Positions 1 through 8,885 of a DNA stretch of 64,000 bases are shown piece after piece. A program made the translations under genes and the position numbers. The notes beneath the pieces were generated by a model that saw only the letters and a list, made by a program, of their open reading frames with translations, did no database searches and was not told the origin of the DNA. The stretch comes from Dehalococcoidia bacterium (GTDB taxonomy: Bacteria > Chloroflexota > Dehalococcoidia > Bin125), in NCBI GenBank assembly GCA_963662615.2, contig CAXXSR010000001.1, positions 1,248,001 through 1,312,000 of the forward strand, written 5' to 3'. The stretch's first letter is position 1. The number at the start of each line of letters is the position of its first letter.

Positions 1-131
1 ACGTCGGCCCGGTTGACGGCGCTGGCGTGCACCCGCACCAGCACCTCGCCGTCGCCGACGACGGGGTCCGGCGCGGCGGCAGGGCGAAGCACGCTCGCGT
101 CTCCGGGCTCGTCGATGACGATCGCTTTCAC
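1..131 (-). CDS. NAD(P)H:quinone oxidoreductase / MDR-family protein, N-terminal fragment (runs off window)
   Basis: Manual translation from GTG at 131: MKAIVIDEPGDASVLRPAAAPDPVVGDGEVLVRVHASAVNRAD, a typical zeta-crystallin/PIG3 N-terminus. GTGA overlap with the upstream gene stop. Confidence 0.85.
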   Translation of the reverse strand, partial: MKAIVIDEPGDASVLRPAAAPDPVVGDGEVLVRVHASAVNRAD

Positions 132-1192
132 GCGCCCTCCTCCAGTGCATGGATCTTCCGCGCCTTCGCGATAAGCGGCTCGACGTCCGGCGCGCCGCCG
201 TCGGGCGGCGGGCCCACGGGATCCTCCACCGCGGCGTTGCCCAGGAGCACGTCGACGCAGTGCCGCGCTGCCCACGCGATCGCCTCCAGGTCGTAGCCGC
301 CCTCCAGGACGTAGACCGTGCCTGCGCCCAGCTCGGCGCCGACGTCCCGCAGCCGCTCCGCGATGGCGCGATAGCCGGGCCCGCTCAGGTTCTCCATCGC
401 CAGGGGGTCGCGCCAGTGGGCGTCGAAGCCGGCTGACACGAGGATCAGTTCCGGCTTGAAGCGTTGCAGCGCCGGCAGGATCACGGCGTCGAAGCAGCGG
501 AGGTACTCGGCGTCGCCGCAACCGGCGGGAAGCGGGAGATTTAGCGTCGCGCCCTCCGCGCTGCCGCTGCCCGTGTCCTCCAACTGACCGGTGCCCGGGT
601 AGTGTGGGAACTGGTGCGTACTGACGTAGAGGACGTCCGCATCGGCGTAGAAGATGTCCTGCGTGCCGTTGCCGTGGTGGACGTCGAAATCGACGATGGC
701 GACGCGCTCCGCCATGCTCGCGGCGCGAACTTGCGCGGCCGCGACCGCCACGTTGTTGAGCAGGCAGAAGCCCATCGCCCGCTCTCGCGTTGCGTGGTGG
801 CCGGGCGGCCGCACGAGACAGAACGTCGCCTCCAGCTCCCCCGTCGCGACGAGCACCGCCGCCCGCACGACGCCGCCGGCCGCGAGCCGCGCGGCCCTGA
901 GGGAGTGCTCCGTCATGACGGTGTCGGGGTCCAGGAAGACGGGCCGTTCGCTCGCCTCTCGCTCGGCCGCCGCGAGCAGCGCCAGCAGGCGGGAGTCGTG
1001 CACCCGTCGGAGCGCCTCGTCCGCCGCCACCTCCGGCTCGATGGCCGCCATGCGGGAGGCGACGCCGCTCTCGTCCAGGAGCGCTTCGATCGCCCGCAGG
1101 CGCTCGGGGCGTTCCGGGTGACTCGACGTCGTCTCGTGATCCTGGAAGCGGCGGTCGCGCAGGAGGCCCACATTCGTCGTCCGCGGCGCCAT
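128..1192 (-). CDS. Histone deacetylase family protein (Zn-dependent deacetylase)
   Basis: Motifs HPERPERL, RPPGHHA, GFCLLNN, DFDVHHGNGTQDIF, SAGFDAH, LEGGY. Start placed at ATG 1192, 7 nt after a TAGCAT -10-like hexamer. Confidence 0.95.
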   Translation of the reverse strand: MAPRTTNVGLLRDRRFQDHETTSSHPERPERLRAIEALLDESGVASRMAAIEPEVAADEALRRVHDSRLLALLAAAEREASERPVFLDPDTVMTEHSLRAARLAAGGVVRAAVLVATGELEATFCLVRPPGHHATRERAMGFCLLNNVAVAAAQVRAASMAERVAIVDFDVHHGNGTQDIFYADADVLYVSTHQFPHYPGTGQLEDTGSGSAEGATLNLPLPAGCGDAEYLRCFDAVILPALQRFKPELILVSAGFDAHWRDPLAMENLSGPGYRAIAERLRDVGAELGAGTVYVLEGGYDLEAIAWAARHCVDVLLGNAAVEDPVGPPPDGGAPDVEPLIAKARKIHALEEGA

Positions 1193-1229
1193 GCCGGCGA
1201 TGCTACCACCTGCTGATATCCTGCCCTCG
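1193..1229. promoter_or_regulatory. Back-to-back -10 elements for divergent leaderless HDAC and selB transcripts
   Basis: TATCCT (+, 1217-1222) is 7 nt before the selB ATG; TAGCAT (-, 1205-1200) is 7 nt before the HDAC ATG. No Shine-Dalgarno on either side. Confidence 0.65.
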
Positions 1230-3101
1230 ATGTACGTCATCGGCACGGCCGGGCACGTCGATCACGGCAAGAGCCGCCTGGTGCTGGCCCTGACCGGCAT
1301 CGACCCCGACCGCCTCCGCGAGGAGAAGGAGCGCGGCCTCACCATCGACCTTGGCTTCGCCTGGTTCGATCTCCCCAGCGGCCGCGAGGTCAGCATCGTC
1401 GACGTGCCCGGCCACGAACGCTTCATCAAGAACATGCTCGCCGGCGTGGGCGGGATCGATCTGGCGCTGTTCGTCGTGGCGGCGGACGAAGGCGTCATGC
1501 CCCAAACGCGCGAGCATCTGGCCATCCTCGACCTGCTGCAAGTCAGGCAGGGCGTGGTGGCGCTGACGAAGAGCGACTTGGTCGACGAGGACTGGCTGGA
1601 GCTCGTCACGGCCGACGTCGAGGAGCTGTTGACGGAGACGTCGTTGGTTGGCGCGCCCGTCGTACCATGCTCGGCCGTGAGCGGCGACGGCTTGGATGCG
1701 CTTCGCACCGCCCTCGACGGGGCGCTGGACGGGCTGCCCCCGGTGCGGGACGTCGGCCGCCCTCGACTACCGGTGGACCGTGTCTTCACCATCACCGGCT
1801 TCGGCACCGTCGTCACCGGCACCCTCATCGACGGCAGTCTGCACGTGAGCGATCAGGTGGCGATTGAGCCGGGAGGACGGTTGGCCCGCATCCGCGGTCT
1901 GCAAAACCACCAGAAGAAGGTGGAGGCGTCGCAACCCGGCACGCGCACCGCGATCAATTTGAGCGGCATCGCGCCGGAGGAGCTTGACCGCGGGGTGGTC
2001 GTGACCACGCCCGGCTGGCTCCAGCCGACGCGGGCAGTGGACGTGCGCCTGCGGGCACTCGCCTCGCTCCCGCGGTCAATCAAGCACAACGCTTCCGTCA
2101 CGGCCCACACGGGCGCCGCCGAGGTCCCGGCGCGGGTGCGCCTTCTTGAGGGCGAGGCGCTGGAGCCGGGCCATGAGGCCTGGGCGCAGCTGCGGCTCGA
2201 CCAGCCCGTGGCCGTCGCGCGCGGTGATTTCTTCGTCATTCGCAACAGCGTCACGACGATGGGCGGGGGCCGCGTCGTCGACACCCGGCCCCGCCGCCAC
2301 AAGCGCAATGAAGCGGAGACGCTGGCGGCGCTGGGCCGGCTGCTCGAGGGCAGCCCGGACGACACCGTTCTGACCGTGCTCCAGCGCCTGGAGCCGGCGT
2401 CCCTGGCCGACGTTCGACGCCGCGCGGAACTTGACGACCGGGTCGCGCGCGAGGCCGTCGAGCGCCAGGTCGATGAGGGCGCCATCGTCGTCTTGGACGA
2501 GGGCGGTCTGAGCGACGGCAGCGTGCTCACCACCGCCGCCGGCGTGGAGGGACTCGGCGCCAAAGCCGTGGCGTACACGTCGGAGTTCGTCAGCGAGCAT
2601 CCCCTCCGCAGGGGGATTGCCAAAGAAGAGCTGCGCAGCCGTCTGGGCCTCCCGGCGAAGGCCTTCAGCGCCTTGGAGCGCCGCCTGGTCGCCGAGGGAC
2701 GCCTGGCCGCCCACCAGGGCGCGCTGGACCTGCCCGACCGGCACGTCACCCTGACGGTGGAGCAGCAGAGCGCCGCGGACCAGCTCGTGGAGCGATTGAA
2801 GGCCGCCGGGCGCAGGCCGGAATCGACGGGCCGCGTCGACCCGGAGCTGGCGACCTACCTGGAAGCGCAAGGGTCAATCGTGCGGCTGGGGGACGGGGTC
2901 TATCTTGAAGCCGGCACGCGCGCCGCCATGGCGGATGACGTCGTGTCGGCCCTGCGCGAGCGCGAGAAGATCACGCTGGCGGAGGTCCGCGACCTTCTGG
3001 GCACGAGCCGCAAGATCGCCCAGGCCTTGCTGGAGGACCTGGACCAGCGCCGCGTCACCCGTCGCGTCGGCGACGCCCGCGTCCTGCGGGGCGCCGGCTA
3101 G
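1230..3101 (+). CDS. selB: Selenocysteine-specific translation elongation factor SelB
   Basis: MYVIGTAGHVDHGKS, EEKERGLTIDLGFA, DVPGHERFIKNM; C-terminal winged helices ending RDLLGTSRK...TRRVGDARVL. Confidence 0.97.
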   Translation: MYVIGTAGHVDHGKSRLVLALTGIDPDRLREEKERGLTIDLGFAWFDLPSGREVSIVDVPGHERFIKNMLAGVGGIDLALFVVAADEGVMPQTREHLAILDLLQVRQGVVALTKSDLVDEDWLELVTADVEELLTETSLVGAPVVPCSAVSGDGLDALRTALDGALDGLPPVRDVGRPRLPVDRVFTITGFGTVVTGTLIDGSLHVSDQVAIEPGGRLARIRGLQNHQKKVEASQPGTRTAINLSGIAPEELDRGVVVTTPGWLQPTRAVDVRLRALASLPRSIKHNASVTAHTGAAEVPARVRLLEGEALEPGHEAWAQLRLDQPVAVARGDFFVIRNSVTTMGGGRVVDTRPRRHKRNEAETLAALGRLLEGSPDDTVLTVLQRLEPASLADVRRRAELDDRVAREAVERQVDEGAIVVLDEGGLSDGSVLTTAAGVEGLGAKAVAYTSEFVSEHPLRRGIAKEELRSRLGLPAKAFSALERRLVAEGRLAAHQGALDLPDRHVTLTVEQQSAADQLVERLKAAGRRPESTGRVDPELATYLEAQGSIVRLGDGVYLEAGTRAAMADDVVSALREREKITLAEVRDLLGTSRKIAQALLEDLDQRRVTRRVGDARVLRGAG

Positions 3102-4290
3102 GGCGCGACCCGGCCGGCTGCCGACGTCTGCCAAAGCGACGCTGGATGGACCCTTCCTCCCACAGCACGACGATCTGCGCGGCCACGGCGATGGACGAGT
3201 AGGTGCCGGCGATCGCGCCCACCAGCAGCACCAGGACGAGGGGCCGCACCGTCACGCCGCCAATCAGCATCAGCGCCACCAGCGCCAGGATCAGGGTGAT
3301 GGACGTGTTCAGCGAGCGCCCCAGCGACTGCGTGATCGCGGCGTTCACCGTGGGCCGCAGGCGGGAGCCGGGGTCTTGCAGCTGGTTCTCGCGGATGCGG
3401 TCGAATACCACGATGGTGTCGTTGACGCTGTAGCCGATGATCGCCAGCAGGCCCGTCACGAACATCGCGTTGACTTCCACCTCCGCCACCTGCCCCAGGA
3501 TCGAGAACACCCCCACGACGATAGTGATGTCGTGCAGCAGCGCGACGATGGCGGCCGCGCCGTACAGCAGCGGATTGGGCAGGCGCCGGAACGCCAGGCT
3601 GATGTAGATCAGGATCGCCACGGCCGCGATGCTCAAGGCGATGCCGGCGTCCTTCGCGATCTCGCTGCTCAGGATCCCAGACACTGTCGCCGACTGCAGC
3701 ACGAAAATCGGCCCGACCTCCGTCCGCAGGGCCTCGGCAATCTCCGGCCGCAGGGCCTCGGCAATCTCTGGCCGCAGCGCCTCCGAATCCCCGTCGTCTG
3801 GCACCTGGGCGCGCAGCTTGAACGTCGATTCGCCGGTCGCTTGAATGCGCGCATCCCCCAGGCCGATGCCGCGGAGGGCGTCGCGGACGTCGTCCTGCGA
3901 CACGTCGGCCGGGAACCAGACTTCCAGTTCAACGCCGTCCTCCCCAACGTCCGAGTCCACGGTCTGAATCTCCCCGACGTTCGCTTCAAGGGCCGCCTGC
4001 ACATCGTCCAACGGGGGGCCGGCGCCTTCCGCGTCAGGCTGGCCAACGCGCACCACGAAGGTCGCGTCCTCGGTCGCCTCCACGGCCACGTCGTCAAACC
4101 CGGCCCCGCGGACGGCGCCCGCGACGTCCTCTTCCGTCACGTCGTTGAGAAAGCGCGCCTCCAGCTCGATCCCGCCCTCGAAGTCGATGCCGGGATCGAG
4201 CTGCCAGATCGACAGCGCCACGAGGCAGGGCACGAGCAGCCCGAGCGAGATGAGAGCGAAATACCGCCGCAAGCCGACGAAGTTGATCAT
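3055..4290 (-). CDS. secF: Protein translocase subunit SecF (duplicated extracytoplasmic domain)
   Basis: GIDFEGG, ALLHD, IGYSVNDTIVVFDRIREN, RSLNTS, GTYSS motifs; 4-bp overlap with secD. Confidence 0.96.
   Translation of the reverse strand: MINFVGLRRYFALISLGLLVPCLVALSIWQLDPGIDFEGGIELEARFLNDVTEEDVAGAVRGAGFDDVAVEATEDATFVVRVGQPDAEGAGPPLDDVQAALEANVGEIQTVDSDVGEDGVELEVWFPADVSQDDVRDALRGIGLGDARIQATGESTFKLRAQVPDDGDSEALRPEIAEALRPEIAEALRTEVGPIFVLQSATVSGILSSEIAKDAGIALSIAAVAILIYISLAFRRLPNPLLYGAAAIVALLHDITIVVGVFSILGQVAEVEVNAMFVTGLLAIIGYSVNDTIVVFDRIRENQLQDPGSRLRPTVNAAITQSLGRSLNTSITLILALVALMLIGGVTVRPLVLVLLVGAIAGTYSSIAVAAQIVVLWEEGSIQRRFGRRRQPAGSRPSRRPAGRGRRRRDG
3724..3783. repeat. 24-bp in-frame tandem repeat (2.5 copies) in secF
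   Basis: ccgcagggcctcggcaatctccgg / ccgcagggcctcggcaatctctgg / ccgcagcgcctc, encoding EALRPEIA-EALRPEIA-EALR. Confidence 0.9.
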
Positions 4291-6035
4291 CGGTCGCCGC
4301 CTCTGGAACCGGCGGCCGGCTCCGCGCTCCGGCGCGGCCGCCCCGGGGTGGGCGCGTCGTCCTCCGGCATCTCGCGGATGCCGAAGAGCCAGGGCCTGCG
4401 GGCGAGACCGAGGCCCACGGTGAGATTGAGGAACGTGCGCGTCACGAAGATGGCGGTGACCATGCTGAACACGGTCCCCACGAAGAGAGCGATGGCGAAG
4501 GACTTGATCAAGTTGGCGTTGAGCTGGTCGGCAAAGAACCAGAGGATGCCCACCGTGATCAGGGTGGAGACGTTGGCGTCGCGAATGGCGGGCCAGGCGC
4601 GACTCCAGCCGACCTCAATGGCCCCCTGCAGCCCGCGGCCCAAGCGCAGCTCCTCCTTCATGCGCTCGAAAATGAGGATGTTGGCGTCGACCGCCAGCCC
4701 CACCGCGAGCACGAAGCCGGCGATCCCGGCCAGGGTCAGCGTGATGGGCACCAGCTTGAATGTGGCCATCACGACAGAGGCGTACACGATCAGCGCCAAC
4801 GCCGCCATCACCCCGGGCAGCCGGTAATAGAGGACCATGAACAGCGTGATGGCCAGATAGGCCACCAGTCCCGCCTGAACGGTGTCAATCACCGAGTCCT
4901 CGCCCAAGGTGGCGGCGACTTCCGTCTGCTGGATGGTCTGGAAGTTGATCGGCAGTGCCCCGGCGCGGAGTTGGCGGCGCAGAGTGCGCGCCTCCTGGTC
5001 GCTGATGCCGGTAATGATGCCCCGATCGCTGATCACCGCCTGCACCCGCGGCTGGCTGATCAGTAGGCGGTCCACGAAGATGCCCAGCGGGGCCTGATTC
5101 ACAGCGAGACGCTCCGTGAGCTGCTCAAACAGGCGCGCGCCCTCGCTGTCGAACTCGAACGAGAGCGCCGTCTGCCCGCTCTGGTCGATGGTGCGGGAAA
5201 TCGAGTCCGCGATGAGGAAGTCGCCCGTGAGCTGCACCTCCTCCCCCCGGCGGTCGCGGGCGCGGGCCGGAATCCAGCGAACGCCGTCAACCACGATGAC
5301 GTCCTCCGTGGCGTCCCCCAGCGGGAATTCGGCGAGACGCGGCGTCTCGGTATCCAGCGGCTCGATCAGCTGCGGATCGAAGGCGTCCTCCAGCGTCTGC
5401 TCAACGGCGAACGGATCAACGGGTGGCGGCACGAAGCGAAAGAACGGATCGATCTCGCGAAACTCCAGCAGGGCTGTGGAGCCCACCAGGTCGGCCGCTT
5501 CTTCCGCGGTGACGCCGGGGATCTGCGCGCTGATGCGAGTGTCGCCCACGGTCGTGACTTCCGCCTCCGACACGCCGAAGCCGCTCACGCGCTCCGCGAT
5601 GATGTCGCGCGCCTCGGCGATCGCCTCGTTCAAGTCCTCGCCTTCGATGTCCAGCGGCAGGACGAGGCTCTGAATGGTGTCTGGAAGCGGGCGGTCGATC
5701 TCCTCCGGACCCAAGTCCTCCAGCTCCGGGTTGAGATCCAGCAAAGTGGGGATGTCCACACGGTTGCGCTGTGCGAACGCCTCCAGGACCTCCCCGCGCC
5801 GCACCTGCGCCGACTTGCCGGAGGCCTCCAACGTGACGGAGACGCCGCCGGCCAGGTCCAAGCCCAGGCGGAACTCGTCCCGGTCGAAGTTGCCGATATT
5901 CAGTCCGCCGCCGCCGGGCCAGGGGATGAAATCGGGCAGGTACTTATCCGGGTTCCCCGGCCAGGTCACGAACATGCTGAAGCCCGTCACCACGAGGATG
6001 GCGAGCAGCGCGATCTGGTTCTTTCGTCTATGCAC
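4287..6035 (-). CDS. secD: Protein translocase subunit SecD with LysM-like insertion
   Basis: LGLDLAGG, GFGVSE, LRAGALP, ATLG, GLAVDANILIFERMKEE motifs. Confidence 0.96.
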   Translation of the reverse strand: MHRRKNQIALLAILVVTGFSMFVTWPGNPDKYLPDFIPWPGGGGLNIGNFDRDEFRLGLDLAGGVSVTLEASGKSAQVRRGEVLEAFAQRNRVDIPTLLDLNPELEDLGPEEIDRPLPDTIQSLVLPLDIEGEDLNEAIAEARDIIAERVSGFGVSEAEVTTVGDTRISAQIPGVTAEEAADLVGSTALLEFREIDPFFRFVPPPVDPFAVEQTLEDAFDPQLIEPLDTETPRLAEFPLGDATEDVIVVDGVRWIPARARDRRGEEVQLTGDFLIADSISRTIDQSGQTALSFEFDSEGARLFEQLTERLAVNQAPLGIFVDRLLISQPRVQAVISDRGIITGISDQEARTLRRQLRAGALPINFQTIQQTEVAATLGEDSVIDTVQAGLVAYLAITLFMVLYYRLPGVMAALALIVYASVVMATFKLVPITLTLAGIAGFVLAVGLAVDANILIFERMKEELRLGRGLQGAIEVGWSRAWPAIRDANVSTLITVGILWFFADQLNANLIKSFAIALFVGTVFSMVTAIFVTRTFLNLTVGLGLARRPWLFGIREMPEDDAPTPGRPRRSAEPAAGSRGGDR

Positions 6036-6175
6036 TGGCTCCCGCGACCCGGACCCGTTCGCCGACCGGAACGGATGCTGCGGCCCTCGACAGCATCATA
6101 CGGGGCAGTCCCGTCCGGGTCATCAGAACGCCGGAGGGCACAAAGAGGGGCATTTCGAACGGCCTCACGCGTCCG

Positions 6176-6625
6176 TCAGCGCCGACGGGCGGGCGACTCT
6201 TCGTCCGCTCCGCTGTCGCCGGCGTCGGAACCGACGCCGCCCGTACGCGCCTCGCCGTTCGCATCCCACTCCCGATCACCCTCACCCCCTGCCACGTCCT
6301 CCGGCCCAGCGTCGCTCGCATTCGTGCCCGCAGAACTCGGCGAAGGTGACCGCGGGGGCGGGAGCCGCTTCGCGATCGCATCGGGATGCGCTTTCACTAC
6401 CACTCCCTCCGCCAGTTCGAGATACAGGATCATGGGCCCGTCCGGTTGGGATTCCACGTCGGTCACGGTGGCAATCAGGCCACCGCTGGTCAGGACCTTG
6501 TCGCCAATTGAGAGCGCATTGAGGTCTCGCCGACGACGGCTTTGCTCCGCGCGCGCCGGGCGGACAAAAAAGATATAGAAGAGCACGACCAGCACGATGG
6601 CGATGCTCAGGACCTCGAACACCAT
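6176..6625 (-). CDS. yajC: Preprotein translocase subunit YajC with long low-complexity C-tail
   Basis: N-terminal TM ending FYIFFVRP, then LSIGDKVLTSGGL; upstream of secD. Confidence 0.92.
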   Translation of the reverse strand: MVFEVLSIAIVLVVLFYIFFVRPARAEQSRRRRDLNALSIGDKVLTSGGLIATVTDVESQPDGPMILYLELAEGVVVKAHPDAIAKRLPPPRSPSPSSAGTNASDAGPEDVAGGEGDREWDANGEARTGGVGSDAGDSGADEESPARRR

Positions 6626-6706
6626 TCGCCTCCGGCCTGGAACGGGCCGCCGAGAGAACTCTGGACCATGCTAGCGAGCGGCCGGCGCGCCGTCGTGGGG
6701 CCCGCA

Positions 6707-8263
6707 TCAGGCGCCGGGCGGTGGGCGTTGGGTTCGGGGCGGGTCGCCGGCCGCACTTTCGTTGTCGCGCGCCATTGATCGCGCCAAGGACAGGGCGTCT
6801 TCCTCGCTGCCGAGTTCCCCGGCCGCGGCGCCTTCCTCCACGGCCGCCAGAATGCGCCCGACCAGCGGCCCCGGCCCAAGGCCGGTTGCGGCCATCACGG
6901 CGTGCCCGTCAACCAGCTGCGCGACCGTCGCAGCGGCCTGGGACGGTTGCCAGGTCACAATGCCGTGCACGTGCTCCACATAGGCGGGCCAGCGAGGCAG
7001 CAACCGCTCCGGCCCCACAGTGGCAAGCGAATCGGCGAGGAAGAGCCAGCAGAGGTCCGGCACCGCGTCGCCCAGGGCCTTGTGAAAGCGATGGAGCGAC
7101 CGCGCCGTCGGGGGCTGGCCCGGCGCGCTGATCTGGCCGGGTCGCAGGTGCTGCTCAATGAGCAGCGCCACCCGCTCCACGACCGACCCAGGAAACCGCC
7201 AGCGCTCGAGCGCGTCGCGCGCGGTCAGCGCGCCCAGGGGGGCGTGCCCGAAGAAGCGCGTGCGACCGTCTTCCGTGACGCTACGAGTCGCCGGCTTGCC
7301 CACGTCGTGCAAGAGCACGGCGATGCGCAGAGCTTCCTGGTGCCGTCGCAGCTGCTCGCGTACATCCCCCCAGCGGGACCGGCTCCAATCCCGCCTGCAC
7401 CAAAGCGCCGACCACGCGGTCGCCCCCTCCCAATCGGGCGGCGGCTGCGACGCCAGCAGCGTGTCCGCCCACCGCAGCGCGGCCAGCTGGTGCTCGAAGA
7501 CGTCATAGCAGTGCTGCGGGCGCTGCTCGACCCCACGGCCCGCATCAAGCTCGGGGAAACAGGCACGAAGCAGACCCGTCGCCTCCATCAAGGCGATCCC
7601 CGTCGACGCCCGTTCCGCTGTGAAGATCCGCCGCAACTCCGCGCCAACGCGCTCCGCCGCCACGGCCCGGACCTGGGGCGCCACGTCCCTGATCCCGGCC
7701 TCCGTCGCCGGCTCCAGGCGATAGCCCAATTCGGCGGCGAGGCGGACCCCGCGCAACGCCCGCAGGGGGTCATCGCGAAGAACTCCCGGAGCGGGGATGC
7801 GGATCACGCCCTCGTCGAGATCCGCCAAGCCCGCGTGCTGATCAATGATCCGCTCTCGCCCGATCGCCGCCGGGCCGCCCGGCGGCAGCTCGGCAAGCGG
7901 ATAGGCGAGAGCGTTGATAGTGAAATCGCGGCGGGCGAGATCGGAACGGAGGTCGCCCACCATCTGCACAATGTCGATGTGCCCGGCCGCGAGCGGAAGA
8001 CGGTCGACGCCGATGCGTTCGTCAAGCCGGACCGCGCGCGTCTGCAGGCATTCGGCGGCGAGGCGGGCGAACGCGGCCGCATCGCCGGGGATCGTGAGGT
8101 CGGCCTCCGCCACCGGGCGACCGAGGAGAGCGTCGCGCACGGCGCCGCCTATCAGCAGCGGTCGCGCTTCGCCCTCCCAACGCATCTGGCGGCTGAGCGC
8201 CGCCAGTCGCTGCAACGCGTCCGCCACGGCGGTCACCGCGGACAAGGCGGCGGAGCGCGTCAT
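6707..8263 (-). CDS. cca: CCA tRNA nucleotidyltransferase / poly(A) polymerase family with HD domain
   Basis: GGAVRD, DLARRDFTINA, DDPLRALR, LLHDVGK motifs; ATGA overlap with def stop. Confidence 0.9.
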   Translation of the reverse strand: MTRSAALSAVTAVADALQRLAALSRQMRWEGEARPLLIGGAVRDALLGRPVAEADLTIPGDAAAFARLAAECLQTRAVRLDERIGVDRLPLAAGHIDIVQMVGDLRSDLARRDFTINALAYPLAELPPGGPAAIGRERIIDQHAGLADLDEGVIRIPAPGVLRDDPLRALRGVRLAAELGYRLEPATEAGIRDVAPQVRAVAAERVGAELRRIFTAERASTGIALMEATGLLRACFPELDAGRGVEQRPQHCYDVFEHQLAALRWADTLLASQPPPDWEGATAWSALWCRRDWSRSRWGDVREQLRRHQEALRIAVLLHDVGKPATRSVTEDGRTRFFGHAPLGALTARDALERWRFPGSVVERVALLIEQHLRPGQISAPGQPPTARSLHRFHKALGDAVPDLCWLFLADSLATVGPERLLPRWPAYVEHVHGIVTWQPSQAAATVAQLVDGHAVMAATGLGPGPLVGRILAAVEEGAAAGELGSEEDALSLARSMARDNESAAGDPPRTQRPPPGA

Positions 8264-8781
8264 GGCCCTCCCCATGCCTCGCCACCTTCTTCCTCCGGCG
8301 GCAGATCTGGGATCCGATGCAGCTGCTCCGACGCCTCCAGGTGATCGATGTAGAGGATGCCGTTCACGTGGTTGATCTCGTGTTCGAGAGCCTGGGCCAG
8401 AAGATCGTCCTCAGCGCGGATGCGAATCTCCTTGCCATTCAGCGCCATGCCTTTGGCCACCACCTTGATGGACCGCATGATCTCGCCGCGATAGCCCGGC
8501 ACGCTGAGGCACCCCTCCGTGACAGGACGCACCCCCGACGCCTTCACGATCTCCGGATTGATCATCGCGAAGGGCTCCTCCTCCGGCATCGCGATGGCGA
8601 TCACGCGCAGCGAGACTCCGATCTGCGGCGCCGCGATGCCGACGCCGCTGGCCGCCTGCATCGAGTCAATCATGTCCGCCACGAGCCGGTGGACGGACGA
8701 ATCCACACGGCGGATGCGCTTCGCCTTGGCGCGCAGCACGCCCTGGTCCCGAGGAACGACGGCAATGGCGCGGACAGCCAT
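8260..8781 (-). CDS. def: Peptide deformylase
   Basis: GVGIAAPQIG, EGCLSVP, HEINH motifs. Confidence 0.96.
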   Translation of the reverse strand: MAVRAIAVVPRDQGVLRAKAKRIRRVDSSVHRLVADMIDSMQAASGVGIAAPQIGVSLRVIAIAMPEEEPFAMINPEIVKASGVRPVTEGCLSVPGYRGEIMRSIKVVAKGMALNGKEIRIRAEDDLLAQALEHEINHVNGILYIDHLEASEQLHRIPDLPPEEEGGEAWGGP

Positions 8782-8885
8782 GACCAGGCTCCCTGCGGGC
8801 GAGCGCGCCGCTGCCGCTTGCCCGTCGCTCCCGCATTCTGGCGCGGCGTTCGCCGAGATGCGAATCGCCGTCTTTGCTGGAGCAG

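Noticed and set aside
8360-8385. HEINH instead of HEIDH in peptide deformylase
   Set aside because: HExxH and EGCLS metal ligands are intact; minor variant.
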